Origin: a virus
Taxonomy: Duplodnaviria; Heunggongvirae; Uroviricota; Caudoviricetes
DNA: 64,000 bases
IMG/VR virus record: IMGVR_UViG_3300033067_000531
Strand: one strand, 5' to 3'
The translations under genes were made by a program, and so were the position numbers. Positions 1-11,121 of the stretch are shown here, piece after piece. Below the pieces are notes generated by a model that saw only the letters and a program-made list of their open reading frames with translations, ran no database searches and was not told the origin of the DNA. The stretch's first letter is position 1. Each line of letters opens with the position of its first letter.

Positions 1-2968
1 AATAGTATTCAATATTACCAATACGCTTTTCGATATTGGCAATATCTTGCATAGTGTAACGCTTATGCAATACCTTTTCAATCGAAAGACTGGATGATAC
101 ACCAGCTGGTGTTTCTGTTGGAATGTAACCTGTGTATGGTTCGTGTGTCAAGTTGGCGATAACCAATGAACCATCTGGTTCCGCAGGGAACAATGGTACC
201 AAAGATGGTGCACCTTCGATAACTTGGAATGATTTGTCCTTAGACAATACCAATTTGTCTTTACGACCAAGGTAATATGTGTAGTCACATTCGAAAATTG
301 TTTGGTCTACTGGTGGAAGAACACCAACAAAGGCATTAGGTGCACCAGAATAGTGGTAGTCGAAATCAACTTGTGCATTTTTTCTCGATGGACGGAAATC
401 AACTGTGTCACGTAATGAGTAAACTTTACCAGAAGAACTTCTGTATGTTGGAATACTCATGTAAGAAGTTTCTGGATTAGGTGATTGTGTGTACGATTCA
501 ACAGAGAAATAACCATCACCACCAGTGTGTTGGTAGTAATCCAAGAACACCAAAATGTTACCACGTGGAATTGGTGCACCAGGTTTTAATGTGATGCTTG
601 CGTGGTCGTAGAATGTGTCACGTTGACCATCATCAAAGATGTAGTGGTTCGTAACATCATGTGCTGGGTTATTGTACATCGCAATATCGGGTAGAGTACC
701 GGAAGCGAATGTGTCAATGATTTTAACGATGCGTTTCACATCGGACAAGTACAAACTTTGTTTTTGTCCTGGTCCCAACAAACCAGCCTTCTCAATGTAA
801 ACTTGACCTGATGAACCTGCTGTGTCGTCCACATATGTCCAGTAGTTTACGTTTGTACCAGAACCATCGTTAATGATTTGTGTTGTATTTGCTTGAACCA
901 AGTTCTTGTACTTCATTACATAACTTGCGTTGTCGGCAGTCTCAACATATGTCTTGGCAATAACAATTGCGTTGAATGGTGATGTAAGACCTGAAGCAGC
1001 TGTTGCAGTGAACGTGGCAATAGTTGCGTCAAAGTTTAATGATGCTGAACGACCAGTACCAACCCACTCAATAACTTGACCTGTACTCTTAGAGATAATG
1101 GTAAAGTTTTGTTTGATTAGACTTGTGCTGAGTTGACTATTTACCGCACCCAAGTGACGGATGTAATTAGAAACAGAACTAGGAATAGAAACTGTACCTT
1201 GTACACCACCACTGTATGATTGGAACGATACGTCAGGGAATACTTGTTGTGTGGTATACACAGCGTTGGTCAACTCGGCAACGTATGGGTTACCCAAATT
1301 AAACAACAACTCTTTCGAGTTCAAGTTCTGCAATACAGTATCACCATTAACTCTACCTGTGGTTGCAATGGCAGCCTTACCAATTACTTGGTAACTGTCG
1401 TTCACCGACAAGATACAATCAATATCTTTGGTGTCGAAGTTTAGTGTGAATACAGATGCTGTAGTTGGTGTTGTTGTCCATGGTTGGTTAACTGTGGCAA
1501 CTTTGGTTGTTCCGTTGTATGCAGTAATTGTTCTGAAGTCACCGGCACTTGGACCGTTTGTGATAGAAATATTCACACCAACATATGCATCAGTTGCTGT
1601 TGCGAAGGTTGTTGGTAATGTGATTGTCGATGCACCACCACCTGTTGCATTGGCTGTCGGTGCTTTGTTGGTGATATTGTGTACGTATGCACGGTAAACA
1701 TATGTGTTGGCATCTGTGTCACTTGATGCGTGGTCAAAAACCAAACCACGAATCAGACCAGAACCAACGATGGTTGTGGAATAAGATGCACTTGCAGTGT
1801 TTACGTTTGCACTATCAACACAGTGGAAATCAATACTTTGTGGAGTTCCTGTGTCGAAGAAAGATGTGTTCGCACCTTTAACATTATCAACATAGAAGTA
1901 TGGACCGAAGTCGATAACAACTGGATTGTTTACCAAGTTTGCTGTTGTTCTTGCACGGTTGGAAACCAAATCAATTGGTGTGGTGTTTTCAACACGGTAA
2001 CCGTGAACGTAAGCCAAACCTTTACCAATAGACATGGTATATTTTGTTGAGTCTACGTTTGTTTTTGGTGTCAACATGAAGTCATTAACAACATAGTCAC
2101 CATTGGTTTCATAGTCACGTTTAGCGAAGTAGTCGTCAATAACGTTGTAAACCGAACCGTCAACCATCTTTTGAATTTCACCATCAACGATACGAACCAA
2201 TTCAACAAAGTTTTGGTCGTCACCGAATTGGATAGGACGAGAATCCAAAGTCAAACCGATGAAGTAACGGTCTGCGCCTGGTGCCTGATAGTTGGATGCA
2301 CCTACAGCTGGATCCAATAGAGAAACGTCATCAACATAATCGTAGATAGTTTCTGTGATAGTCAAACCAACTCGTCTGGTTGGTGTGTTGTCGTACTTGT
2401 CAACCACGATAGTTGATGGTTGAATCTGTACGAAGTTACCCAAAACATAGAATACACCTTCAGCAATAGATGCTGTGGAAGAAAGACCTGTTGCATCTTG
2501 GCCAATAGCCTGTACTGCCAAATTGGAGTTAACGTCATAGATAACGTCACCGTCAGTAAAGTGTTCACCTGACTTATAAGAAACAATCAATGTTGCTGGG
2601 TCTGTACCAGAACCTGCTGTTGCCTGAATAACTTGTGCAACAACCGAACCATCAGCATTTCTAACCAACAAACCAGAGTTGGTTGTTGCATCATACCACT
2701 GAGTAATATCAATAGACACGTTATTGTATGTGTCGTTCAACTTGATATAGTTACAGTTGAAGTTGGTTGTTACCTGACCACCAGTAACAGGAGAGTTTTG
2801 CTTGAAGATGTTATCAGCAAACTTTGTGATTTGGTCCTGTAGGATGGTTTGTGCCTGTGTTAATTCTCTTGCTTGAACTGCACGACCAGGTTTGAACAAG
2901 ATACGATGAAAGTTTTTTGTTTGGTCAAAATCATCGTAATATGGATCAACGTTAAAATCTAGTGGCAT
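1..2968 (-). CDS. Large virion structural protein (baseplate/tail-fibre-like), 3'-partial; start ATG at 2968-2966 and the ORF runs past the window start
   Basis: ATG at 2966-2968 on the minus strand; my translation stays open and protein-like for >900 codons. Only short scattered plus-strand ORFs occur here, consistent with antisense noise. It sits at the distal end of the baseplate gene array. Confidence 0.55.
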   Translation of the reverse strand, partial: MPLDFNVDPYYDDFDQTKNFHRILFKPGRAVQARELTQAQTILQDQITKFADNIFKQNSPVTGGQVTTNFNCNYIKLNDTYNNVSIDITQWYDATTNSGLLVRNADGSVVAQVIQATAGSGTDPATLIVSYKSGEHFTDGDVIYDVNSNLAVQAIGQDATGLSSTASIAEGVFYVLGNFVQIQPSTIVVDKYDNTPTRRVGLTITETIYDYVDDVSLLDPAVGASNYQAPGADRYFIGLTLDSRPIQFGDDQNFVELVRIVDGEIQKMVDGSVYNVIDDYFAKRDYETNGDYVVNDFMLTPKTNVDSTKYTMSIGKGLAYVHGYRVENTTPIDLVSNRARTTANLVNNPVVIDFGPYFYVDNVKGANTSFFDTGTPQSIDFHCVDSANVNTASASYSTTIVGSGLIRGLVFDHASSDTDANTYVYRAYVHNITNKAPTANATGGGASTITLPTTFATATDAYVGVNISITNGPSAGDFRTITAYNGTTKVATVNQPWTTTPTTASVFTLNFDTKDIDCILSVNDSYQVIGKAAIATTGRVNGDTVLQNLNSKELLFNLGNPYVAELTNAVYTTQQVFPDVSFQSYSGGVQGTVSIPSSVSNYIRHLGAVNSQLSTSLIKQNFTIISKSTGQVIEWVGTGRSASLNFDATIATFTATAASGLTSPFNAIVIAKTYVETADNASYVMKYKNLVQANTTQIINDGSGTNVNYWTYVDDTAGSSGQVYIEKAGLLGPGQKQSLYLSDVKRIVKIIDTFASGTLPDIAMYNNPAHDVTNHYIFDDGQRDTFYDHASITLKPGAPIPRGNILVFLDYYQHTGGDGYFSVESYTQSPNPETSYMSIPTYRSSSGKVYSLRDTVDFRPSRKNAQVDFDYHYSGAPNAFVGVLPPVDQTIFECDYTYYLGRKDKLVLSKDKSFQVIEGAPSLVPLFPAEPDGSLVIANLTHEPYTGYIPTETPAGVSSSLSIEKVLHKRYTMQDIANIEKRIGNIEYY

Positions 2969-2977
2969 TTTTTTCCT

Positions 2978-4366
2978 TTAGTAACCTAATACAAATTTAT
3001 ACTGTTCTATACCGTCTGCACTTCTTTGTACGCCTGCTCTGTTTTCAATGTATGTGATGTGACCAGAGAAAATTTGGAAATCTGGTTGATTTGCATCATA
3101 CAACAGTAGAGTTCTTGAGGTGTTAGTTGTGCGACCTTTAATTGGTTGGTTTAGTGTGGGTGTTCCAGACATATTTAGAACACTAATAATATTGGATGCT
3201 GGGTCAAAACTCAATACTGTACCAAAAAATGTTGGATTATTAGATTCACCTTGGAAAACAACCTCACCATTGGTATATGTACCAAAACCTGGTGCAACTG
3301 TTAATTCAGTATATGTTTTGTAAACTTGACCACTTGCTGGTGTATAACCTTGGCCTGAGTTTCGTAAAGACTTTAATGTTGGATTGGATACAACACCAAC
3401 TTGGAAATATTCCACATCAGTTGGGATTACCGAACCTTCTGAACCATCAAATTCAACACTCAACATGACACGTGTACAACCCAACTCAGAAATAGGATCG
3501 AATCCGTGGCCACCTATCGGTGATGTTGGTGCAACCGCAACGGCACCAAAACCTTGTGAAGATGTGATTGAAACGTTTGCGTATGTATAACCTGAACCTG
3601 GATTAACCACGGTGATATCCGTGATGGCGTTCATATCTTCTGGTACTACCGCAGTGGCCAAGGCACCAGTACCGTCACCGGTGATGGTTACGGTAATTAC
3701 CGCATTTGCTGGGTCATAGAGAGCACCACCTTCGGTCACATTAATAACATCAATGCTGCCTGCACCTGCATCAGAGAAAGGTGAAGGTGTATTTTCACCA
3801 ACAGGTACTGGAATCCATGATGTGTCCATAAACTTCAGTTTGGAACCTGAGTCTACGGTAAACATGTACTTCCATTTGTAATTATCTTCACCTTGATACA
3901 CATTGTTTGTGTTGTATGCACCAGGTTGAAAGTATGGTTCACTGGTGGACTGGCCGCCGTTATTGTTCCATAGACACTTGAACACTTGGTCATAACGGTT
4001 TTTAATATAGAAATTCTTCACATTATAACCGTTTGAATCTGTCTCAAACATATCAACAGTGTCATCGTAGTAATCATACACCGCACCGGATTCCCAATCA
4101 ACACGTTGGATAACTGGTGAAATGTCATTCGATGTAATCTTTTTGGCCACAAACATGTTCTTAAAAACTTGTTTGATACTTCTTACATCTTCTGTCGGCA
4201 CTGGTGGATTTTGGTCGTCCAACCAAGGTTCAACTTTGGATAAGAAACAGTACATGGTACTGACAGGAATTTCAGTGAAAGGCGGCACGACTGCAACAGG
4301 TGAGAAGTACACCTGTTCCACTTGAGATACCTTTGCGCCGTTTGCGATAAGAATTTTATTTGCCAT
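2978..4366 (-). CDS. Virion structural protein (462 aa) with an Ig-like 'ITVTITGDGTGALATAVV...VVNPGSGYT' module
   Basis: ORF track; contiguous with baseplate genes; shares a GDGTGA/PG(S/T)GYT module with gp6-like protein. Confidence 0.5.
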   Translation of the reverse strand: MANKILIANGAKVSQVEQVYFSPVAVVPPFTEIPVSTMYCFLSKVEPWLDDQNPPVPTEDVRSIKQVFKNMFVAKKITSNDISPVIQRVDWESGAVYDYYDDTVDMFETDSNGYNVKNFYIKNRYDQVFKCLWNNNGGQSTSEPYFQPGAYNTNNVYQGEDNYKWKYMFTVDSGSKLKFMDTSWIPVPVGENTPSPFSDAGAGSIDVINVTEGGALYDPANAVITVTITGDGTGALATAVVPEDMNAITDITVVNPGSGYTYANVSITSSQGFGAVAVAPTSPIGGHGFDPISELGCTRVMLSVEFDGSEGSVIPTDVEYFQVGVVSNPTLKSLRNSGQGYTPASGQVYKTYTELTVAPGFGTYTNGEVVFQGESNNPTFFGTVLSFDPASNIISVLNMSGTPTLNQPIKGRTTNTSRTLLLYDANQPDFQIFSGHITYIENRAGVQRSADGIEQYKFVLGY

Positions 4367-4376
4367 GATTTATTTA

Positions 4377-6152
4377 TTATGCGTTTGTGATGGAAACATA
4401 AGTGTTTGCTTGGCCATCATCAATACTAAAATACTTCAAGTAAGCACATGAATTCGACAAAATTGTGAATGAAGCTGATTGCTTTGTGGAGTTATTAGCT
4501 AAACAACCATGTGTGATGGACTTGTTTTGTGCAGCCGAGTTCGTAATCCAAACCTCAATGATTTTACCTGCGGTGAAACCAGTTAAATTAACGGAGAAGT
4601 CGTTATTGATATCAAACTTCAATAAGGAATCTGTTGCAAAATTAATTGTTCTGGATGTTGTTAATGTACCCTGAACATTTGGTGTTAAGACGAAACCTTT
4701 TTGTGGGTTGACTACACCTGTAAATGTAGCAGAGTCACCATTCAATGTCAGAATGTTTGTTAAGGTGTTTGAACCAATCGGACAGTTCCAAAATTGAATC
4801 TGTGAACCTGTATTTGCATCGGTGTAGTTTTCTGTGGCCACAAAGTCGATACGACCTGTGCCTAATGTCTGATACTTTGTGGTGCCGTAACCACTGGAAG
4901 AGAAACGTGAGATAACATCACCGGTTTGTAGTGCTGTCGGACTCTCCACTGTTCCTCTTGCAGCACGTCCTGCATACAATGCATAAGCGCCTGTACCATA
5001 AGAGTCTGTAACGATACGTGAAGGTACTCCGTTCTTACCTGAAATGTGAATCATATATCCATCATTTGCGGGTGTTACAACTGTACCTGAAGCAGAAATC
5101 GTCAATGCAGCCTGTGTGTTGGAGAAAGTACTGTTGGACAACATAACTGTTGCGTTCATTGCAACTGCACCAGTTACATTCAATGCACCAGAGAAATTTG
5201 CAGTGCCTGATGTACTAGAGGTTCCATTAATAATTAGATTACCTGTGGATATTGGACCTGAAGTTGATTGAATACCTTGAGCAACTAAGTTACCTGATAC
5301 GGTTAGGTTTCCACCAAAAATTGCATCAGATGTATTGGCCAACGCATTGTTTGCCTTAGTAAAGGCGCCGTTGGCATAGTTCTGTGTGTTCAACAAAGTC
5401 AAGTTGATTGTTGAGATAGATTCTGCGTTAGTGTTTGCCTTTGCAAATGCACCGTTGGCGTATGTGCCGGAATTATTTGCCTTTGCGTAAGCACTATTTG
5501 CATAAGAACCGACCAAATTGGACGATAAGAATGCCACGTTTGCTGTGTTATGTGCTGATACAGCATACGTATCCATGGCCGTAATTGTTGGACCTGTGAT
5601 ATCACCATCAACCACCAAATCATTTAAGAAGTGTGCTTGTGATGTTTCAAACACCGCATACACATTATCTTCTTCGAAACCACCTGCAACAAATTTCAGT
5701 TGTAGTCCTTCCGCAGCAGAGGCCGTACCAATCACCAAGTTACCGGTTGTATTTGCGTTATCGCCTTGTACAATCAAGTAACCGTCATGTGGTTGCAACA
5801 CACCCAATGGGGCATTAGAACCTTGAATACCAACGTCAATAAAGTATGTTGTGTCTGTACCATCATCGGCCGTAACAACTAGGTCACCTGAACCGGTATT
5901 GGCCAAGTTTTGTACGTTCAATTGCAGGTAGGTTTCATTGTTACCAACAAATTGTGCAACAACACCAGGGAAAATAATCTGATTATTACCCACGTTCAAT
6001 ACATCGTTTGAGTATAGTGTCTCTGCGAGCACTTTGGTTGTAATTTTTCCGGTTACACCAGTTAACAAATCAACCGCTGGCAATAAGGTCTGTGTTGTAT
6101 CCTCATTTAAACGTGGAATAATAGGTAGTTCTGAAATTTTTACTGTTGACAT
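4377..6152 (-). CDS. Tail-fibre-like structural protein (591 aa) with YAN(G/S)A(F/Y)AKAN repeats
   Basis: ORF track; internal repeats typical of phage fibre proteins; Ser/Thr/Asn/Gly-rich beta-type composition. Confidence 0.5.
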   Translation of the reverse strand: MSTVKISELPIIPRLNEDTTQTLLPAVDLLTGVTGKITTKVLAETLYSNDVLNVGNNQIIFPGVVAQFVGNNETYLQLNVQNLANTGSGDLVVTADDGTDTTYFIDVGIQGSNAPLGVLQPHDGYLIVQGDNANTTGNLVIGTASAAEGLQLKFVAGGFEEDNVYAVFETSQAHFLNDLVVDGDITGPTITAMDTYAVSAHNTANVAFLSSNLVGSYANSAYAKANNSGTYANGAFAKANTNAESISTINLTLLNTQNYANGAFTKANNALANTSDAIFGGNLTVSGNLVAQGIQSTSGPISTGNLIINGTSSTSGTANFSGALNVTGAVAMNATVMLSNSTFSNTQAALTISASGTVVTPANDGYMIHISGKNGVPSRIVTDSYGTGAYALYAGRAARGTVESPTALQTGDVISRFSSSGYGTTKYQTLGTGRIDFVATENYTDANTGSQIQFWNCPIGSNTLTNILTLNGDSATFTGVVNPQKGFVLTPNVQGTLTTSRTINFATDSLLKFDINNDFSVNLTGFTAGKIIEVWITNSAAQNKSITHGCLANNSTKQSASFTILSNSCAYLKYFSIDDGQANTYVSITNA

Positions 6153-6155
6153 TGT

Positions 6156-9035
6156 TTACCCCAATAGGATGATTCTATCATCTTCTGTTGTTAATATTTG
6201 ACCGAATTCTGTGACTAATTCTGGTATATATGTGGTGCCAATTGCACCGAATAGTTTGATTTGGTTGTACAAAAGATTACTGTTGGCAGTGAGTGTTGTA
6301 GTTACCGACAGTGTGGAATTACTGTTTGCTTCCAGGTTTTCGGTCAAATAAATGATACCTTTGCCTGTGGTGTAATCCACATATTGAACAGACTTCACTG
6401 TGTTGTTTGCGACCAAGATTTGGTCACCAGCCGAAACAATATCTTTTAATGGATATGAAGTGTTACTATACTTACCATTATTAATAATGTTGTATGTACC
6501 AGTTAATCCTGTAATATTTATGGTGTTGCTACCTGTTGTGCCAGTAATTGTGGCCACATTGGCATACGACAACCATGTGTTGGCCATAACTGTTACTTGA
6601 TTGTTTGCATAATCAACATTCACCACACGTGAGTGTACATTCATTCTGTTGGATTTTAACTGAACGTATGTGCCGGGTAAGATAACTTCACCTATGTTTA
6701 CTGACGGTGGAATATTATTGAACTGAATAATGTTGTTGCTAGGGTTTTCAAATGATGCATACATTTTAGCAACAGCACCAGTTTGGCCAATACCACCTTC
6801 AGTGGCATAGAAAGGACGACCCTTATACAATGCTTCTTGTAGAGTTTCAGTGTAGTCAACTTCGATACGGTCTACCATACGACCAAGTACATTTGTACCT
6901 GATGGATGTAATAGGTTTAACAATACACTACGATACTTTTCAATTTCTTTTGAGACGGTAATTTCGTATGTGTAGTTATTGTACTTCTCACTCTGTAATA
7001 CACTGAAGGAACTTGGTTGACCTTGTTGGTTCAGGTATTGTCCTTGACTTACAACCAAACCATTTAAGAATTTAGCTGAGGCCTTTGCTGAACCGTCACC
7101 ATAATTTTTGTATCCAAACTGGTTGTATACACCATTATAGTTGTTGTTGGCCATAACCATGTTGATTTGACCAGTCAATTTGTCAATCTTTAGGTTTTGA
7201 GTTGTGTCTGGACTGGAGTTGTACTCAAATACTCTCAAGTTATATAATGATTGTGATGGATCATTGAATGGCTGTAACAATGAAACTGAATTAACTGTTG
7301 CAGAATATACAGCCACGTTAATGTTTGCACCTTGGAACACCACATCACCAATCTTAGGTGGGTTTTCCACCGAAACGTTAGACACCAAAATGTCTTGTAC
7401 TTTCAATGAGATTCTAGGTGTTGAAATGTAATCTTCACCGGTATCCACAACTTGAATTGTTGTTACTGAACCTGCACGGTCCACATCAATTGCAAAGTCT
7501 GCACCTTCACCCAATATACCAGGAACAAACAGTGATGCACCAGATGCACTGACGTTTGCTGAATCGACTGTTGCTGTGACCAAGTCTGTTTGTTTGTAAC
7601 CCATGCCACCCAAAGGATAGATTTGGGTTTCATCATACACATATGCAACATTTAGAATTGCACCATTAGATGAAACGGACGTTACGTTTGCAAAAGCACC
7701 ATAACCAGAACCACCAGTGATAATAATTCTGTCGTTTGCAACATAACCCAAACCACCGGTTGTCACCTGTATTGGTGCCAAGATACCCAGTTTTGCCAAG
7801 TCAGCAGTTGGTGTTGTCTCATTTTCCTTAAAGTATAATGAGTGAGCCAATGCAGTTGGAATATTTGTGATGCCGCCACCGGAGTTTGTAACGATTACTG
7901 AACCGATAGGATAAGTTTCGAAGGAACTAAACTTCAGTGCATCAACCAACTGTGTTTCTACGTTTGCTGTTACTTGAGTTGCAAGAAAGTTATAATTGCT
8001 TGCATCAATGTGTGTTGTCCAAGCAGCACCTAGTGTGTCTGTTGGTACAAAGGTTGCATTTGCTTTCTTTGATTCGGTTGGGTCTAGTGATGTAATAACG
8101 GCCTCAGCAGCACCAACAGTACCGACAAACGAAATAGTTGATTGTGGATCCGCAGTGAAACCATATCCACCATTAACCACCTTGATAGCCTTAATAGAAC
8201 CCTTTGTTGTATCAGAGACACGTGCTGTGGCACCATTGTCATACACAGATTCCATACCACCATACACGATAACTGGATCACCAATCGCATAGGTTAGACC
8301 TCTGTTGTTTGGATCAATACTAATAGAACTGATTTGGCCTACAACTTTTGCTCGCAATGGTTGTCCGCCGACCAAAACATCTTGGTTCTGTTCGTCAATG
8401 ACACGTACAAACTCACCAGACTGAAATAGACGTTCAATATTAGAGATAAAAACTTCTGTTTTATTACCCACTAAAATAGAATTTTCAATCGTAGCCAAAG
8501 ATTGTGATGTTTCACCAAACAATCTATACTGGTTTATGTTTCTAAAATTTACACTATTTGTGGCCAGTTTCAAACTCTTGGCAACATACCATACACCATC
8601 AGATGGTTTAAACACAGCATCTTTAGTGTAGAACACATCAAATTCAGAATTGAATAATATTCTAAACAAGAATTGGTATGAAGAAGGTGTACCTTTTGTC
8701 TGATACAACTGTCTAGCAACTTTAACCGCCTGTTGTTTGTTTAGTAACGATTCTTTAGGAAAGAAAGGTAGAAAATCATTGTTAAAATAATCAATGAAAC
8801 CATCAATCGTTTTATCAATATCTTTGTACGACAACAAATTTTTGGTTGCGTGTGTAACACCTTGGCCACTAGAACTTGTTGTTGTGATGGCCGAGTTAGA
8901 TGTGTTAGACAGTTCCAACCATTCGTAGTATGCCTTCAAAAATAGTGAGAAGTTGGCATAATCAGGATTGTCTTTGACGAATCCTGGTAACTGTTGGTCT
9001 ACCAGTAATGAGGTTTTTTTATCGTTGTAAATCAT
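6156..9035 (-). CDS. Large baseplate wedge protein, gp7-like (959 aa)
   Basis: Immediately downstream of gp6 homologue as in T4 (6 then 7); size class; start overlaps gp6 stop (ATGA). Confidence 0.4.
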   Translation of the reverse strand: MIYNDKKTSLLVDQQLPGFVKDNPDYANFSLFLKAYYEWLELSNTSNSAITTTSSSGQGVTHATKNLLSYKDIDKTIDGFIDYFNNDFLPFFPKESLLNKQQAVKVARQLYQTKGTPSSYQFLFRILFNSEFDVFYTKDAVFKPSDGVWYVAKSLKLATNSVNFRNINQYRLFGETSQSLATIENSILVGNKTEVFISNIERLFQSGEFVRVIDEQNQDVLVGGQPLRAKVVGQISSISIDPNNRGLTYAIGDPVIVYGGMESVYDNGATARVSDTTKGSIKAIKVVNGGYGFTADPQSTISFVGTVGAAEAVITSLDPTESKKANATFVPTDTLGAAWTTHIDASNYNFLATQVTANVETQLVDALKFSSFETYPIGSVIVTNSGGGITNIPTALAHSLYFKENETTPTADLAKLGILAPIQVTTGGLGYVANDRIIITGGSGYGAFANVTSVSSNGAILNVAYVYDETQIYPLGGMGYKQTDLVTATVDSANVSASGASLFVPGILGEGADFAIDVDRAGSVTTIQVVDTGEDYISTPRISLKVQDILVSNVSVENPPKIGDVVFQGANINVAVYSATVNSVSLLQPFNDPSQSLYNLRVFEYNSSPDTTQNLKIDKLTGQINMVMANNNYNGVYNQFGYKNYGDGSAKASAKFLNGLVVSQGQYLNQQGQPSSFSVLQSEKYNNYTYEITVSKEIEKYRSVLLNLLHPSGTNVLGRMVDRIEVDYTETLQEALYKGRPFYATEGGIGQTGAVAKMYASFENPSNNIIQFNNIPPSVNIGEVILPGTYVQLKSNRMNVHSRVVNVDYANNQVTVMANTWLSYANVATITGTTGSNTINITGLTGTYNIINNGKYSNTSYPLKDIVSAGDQILVANNTVKSVQYVDYTTGKGIIYLTENLEANSNSTLSVTTTLTANSNLLYNQIKLFGAIGTTYIPELVTEFGQILTTEDDRIILLG

Positions 9036-11119
9036 GTCTTAGCGTATACGTTAACAATAATTGCACCACTATCAAAAGGATCAACAGTAATAATTCTATT
9101 AAAGGATGATGATAATAACGATGTTGTTGGTGTTGATGTAATAGTTATCTGACCTAATGGGTTATCAATTGATATCGGTGAGAACGCATTTAATGTAACT
9201 GTACCTGACGCATAATCCACTGTACCAACATTGTTGTTGAATACAGTCTTAACGTTATCTGTATTATTGTAATATGTTCTCAGTGTACCAAAACGACCTT
9301 CTAGATTCACAATTAATGAACCACCTTGACCAACATCACCCTCTTTGGTTGTCACAACAGCAATAGCACTTGTGTATCCTGTTCCTGGTTTTGTTACAAT
9401 AACATTCTTAATTGTACCAGAACCACTCAACACAGCATATGCCTCAGCACCTGTGCCATCACCCCTGATGGTGATTGTAGGTGGTGTTGTGTAGTTGTAA
9501 CCTGGGTTAACAATCGTGATAGACTCCACACCACCCGTAGTGGATGGAACTTCTTCCACATACACACTATCAATTGTGTTGGAGTAATTAACAGGATTTC
9601 TATACTGTAATGCTGGGTAACTACTTACACCACTCTGGAACATACCTTTCTTCAATGGAACACCAAATTTTAGATTGTATGTTGTTGGTGTACTGAAGTT
9701 TGGATAAAATTTCTTTTGCAATTTAACATCAATCTCATTGGTGATGATTGCTTGATTGACATTCTTAACCACTTCATTGAAATTGGTCAAAGAGAACACA
9801 GAGTTGAAAGTGTTTAGTGACTGATTTGCATATGAAGAAATGGCTGACTTGATTGCAGATTGTAATTGATTAGGTGACAGATTTGTTTTCTTAGGATCAT
9901 ACCATACGTTTGCAGTTAATTGCAGATAGGTGTAATCTGGATCAACGAAAGTTGGTACCACGGTCATCATGGAAATTGGTTTAATAACATCTCGTGTCAA
10001 CTTTTCTTTCTGTACCTGTGTCAATGAGTATGCATTGGAAGGTTTAATAGAAATCATCACTTGACCATATACAGGAGGATCATTTTCTTCACCGCCCCAT
10101 ACGTTAACAGCATCAAACGAATATCCTAGATTATTATTTTGAATGGCTGTGATGTAATCTTCTTTGGACACCGCACGTTTTTGTGCAGAGAATGCCTTAG
10201 GTGCATGGAAACGAATAGAATCAATTGATTCCTTCAAGGCACCTTGTGATGCTTCGTTGATTGGATTGACTGTGATATTAGAATAACTATCAATAGAATC
10301 CATCATCACAAAACTATTGGCACCGTGTGCTGCTGTACCTGATGAAGTGATGTACGTTAGGCGCACAATATTACCATCAGTCAATTGTTTACCTAAAACA
10401 CCATCACCGAAATAAATCTCATAATTACCGTCAATACCTTCTTGTAGGAAGTAAACAGTTGAACTACCAGATAGAGACAAGTAATCATCCGCAGGTGTAT
10501 ACACTTCATATTGTGTGTTAGATGAAGACCTTTGTACCAACACCTGAAGTGTTGTGGTATCAATATTAGGTTCATTAATCACAATCTTCGATGAAGGGTT
10601 TGTGTTGTTGTTTACCACCAAACTTGTTGACGCTGGAATACCCTGTTTTATGGTTACACCAGAAAATGTTGCACGGAATGTACTAAAATTTGTATCGGCG
10701 GTGTATGTGTCTGTGACCACAAACGTGTAGTTGACACCATCAACAGATTCAGACATTAATTTTGAGTATTTTGGTAAAACCAACTGTGGAGTGGATGCCA
10801 AAACATTATTAACCACAATATCAACTGTCGCAGTTGGTGCAATTACAGATTTTGGTGTGTAACCTAGTGATTTAGCTAACGAAACAACAGAACTTCTTTG
10901 AATGGCAGTATCCAAAAACATTTCATTAGCGGCCATGTTTGTATAAAATGCTTGGTATTGTGTATTGTATGCCAACACATCAAGCAATGTCGAAAGTGCA
11001 GAACCTTCGTAATTGTAATCCCTCAGTGTGTCTTGAGATTTTAGATAATTCTTTAGATTGTTTTTGATACTATCAAAATCTAAATCTGTGATTTGGATAT
11101 TAGAATTAGCGCCTGCCAT
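9032..11119 (-). CDS. 6: Baseplate wedge protein gp6
   Basis: N-terminal 'DYNYEGSALSTLLDVLAYNTQYQ' matches remembered T4 gp6 'DYDFEGSRLNVLCDLLAYNTLY'; 695 aa vs 660 aa in T4; follows gp25. Confidence 0.75.
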   Translation of the reverse strand: MAGANSNIQITDLDFDSIKNNLKNYLKSQDTLRDYNYEGSALSTLLDVLAYNTQYQAFYTNMAANEMFLDTAIQRSSVVSLAKSLGYTPKSVIAPTATVDIVVNNVLASTPQLVLPKYSKLMSESVDGVNYTFVVTDTYTADTNFSTFRATFSGVTIKQGIPASTSLVVNNNTNPSSKIVINEPNIDTTTLQVLVQRSSSNTQYEVYTPADDYLSLSGSSTVYFLQEGIDGNYEIYFGDGVLGKQLTDGNIVRLTYITSSGTAAHGANSFVMMDSIDSYSNITVNPINEASQGALKESIDSIRFHAPKAFSAQKRAVSKEDYITAIQNNNLGYSFDAVNVWGGEENDPPVYGQVMISIKPSNAYSLTQVQKEKLTRDVIKPISMMTVVPTFVDPDYTYLQLTANVWYDPKKTNLSPNQLQSAIKSAISSYANQSLNTFNSVFSLTNFNEVVKNVNQAIITNEIDVKLQKKFYPNFSTPTTYNLKFGVPLKKGMFQSGVSSYPALQYRNPVNYSNTIDSVYVEEVPSTTGGVESITIVNPGYNYTTPPTITIRGDGTGAEAYAVLSGSGTIKNVIVTKPGTGYTSAIAVVTTKEGDVGQGGSLIVNLEGRFGTLRTYYNNTDNVKTVFNNNVGTVDYASGTVTLNAFSPISIDNPLGQITITSTPTTSLLSSSFNRIITVDPFDSGAIIVNVYAKT

Positions 11120-11121
11120 TT

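Noticed and set aside
1220-2842. Plus-strand ORFs of 64-106 aa (1220-1444, 1428-1697, 1687-1881, 1730-2050, 2633-2842) and the many similar short plus-strand ORFs inside 2978-17311
   Set aside because: They lie antisense within long, well-supported minus-strand structural genes. They are short, have odd Cys/Trp-rich composition and no RBS context, so they are treated as frame noise.
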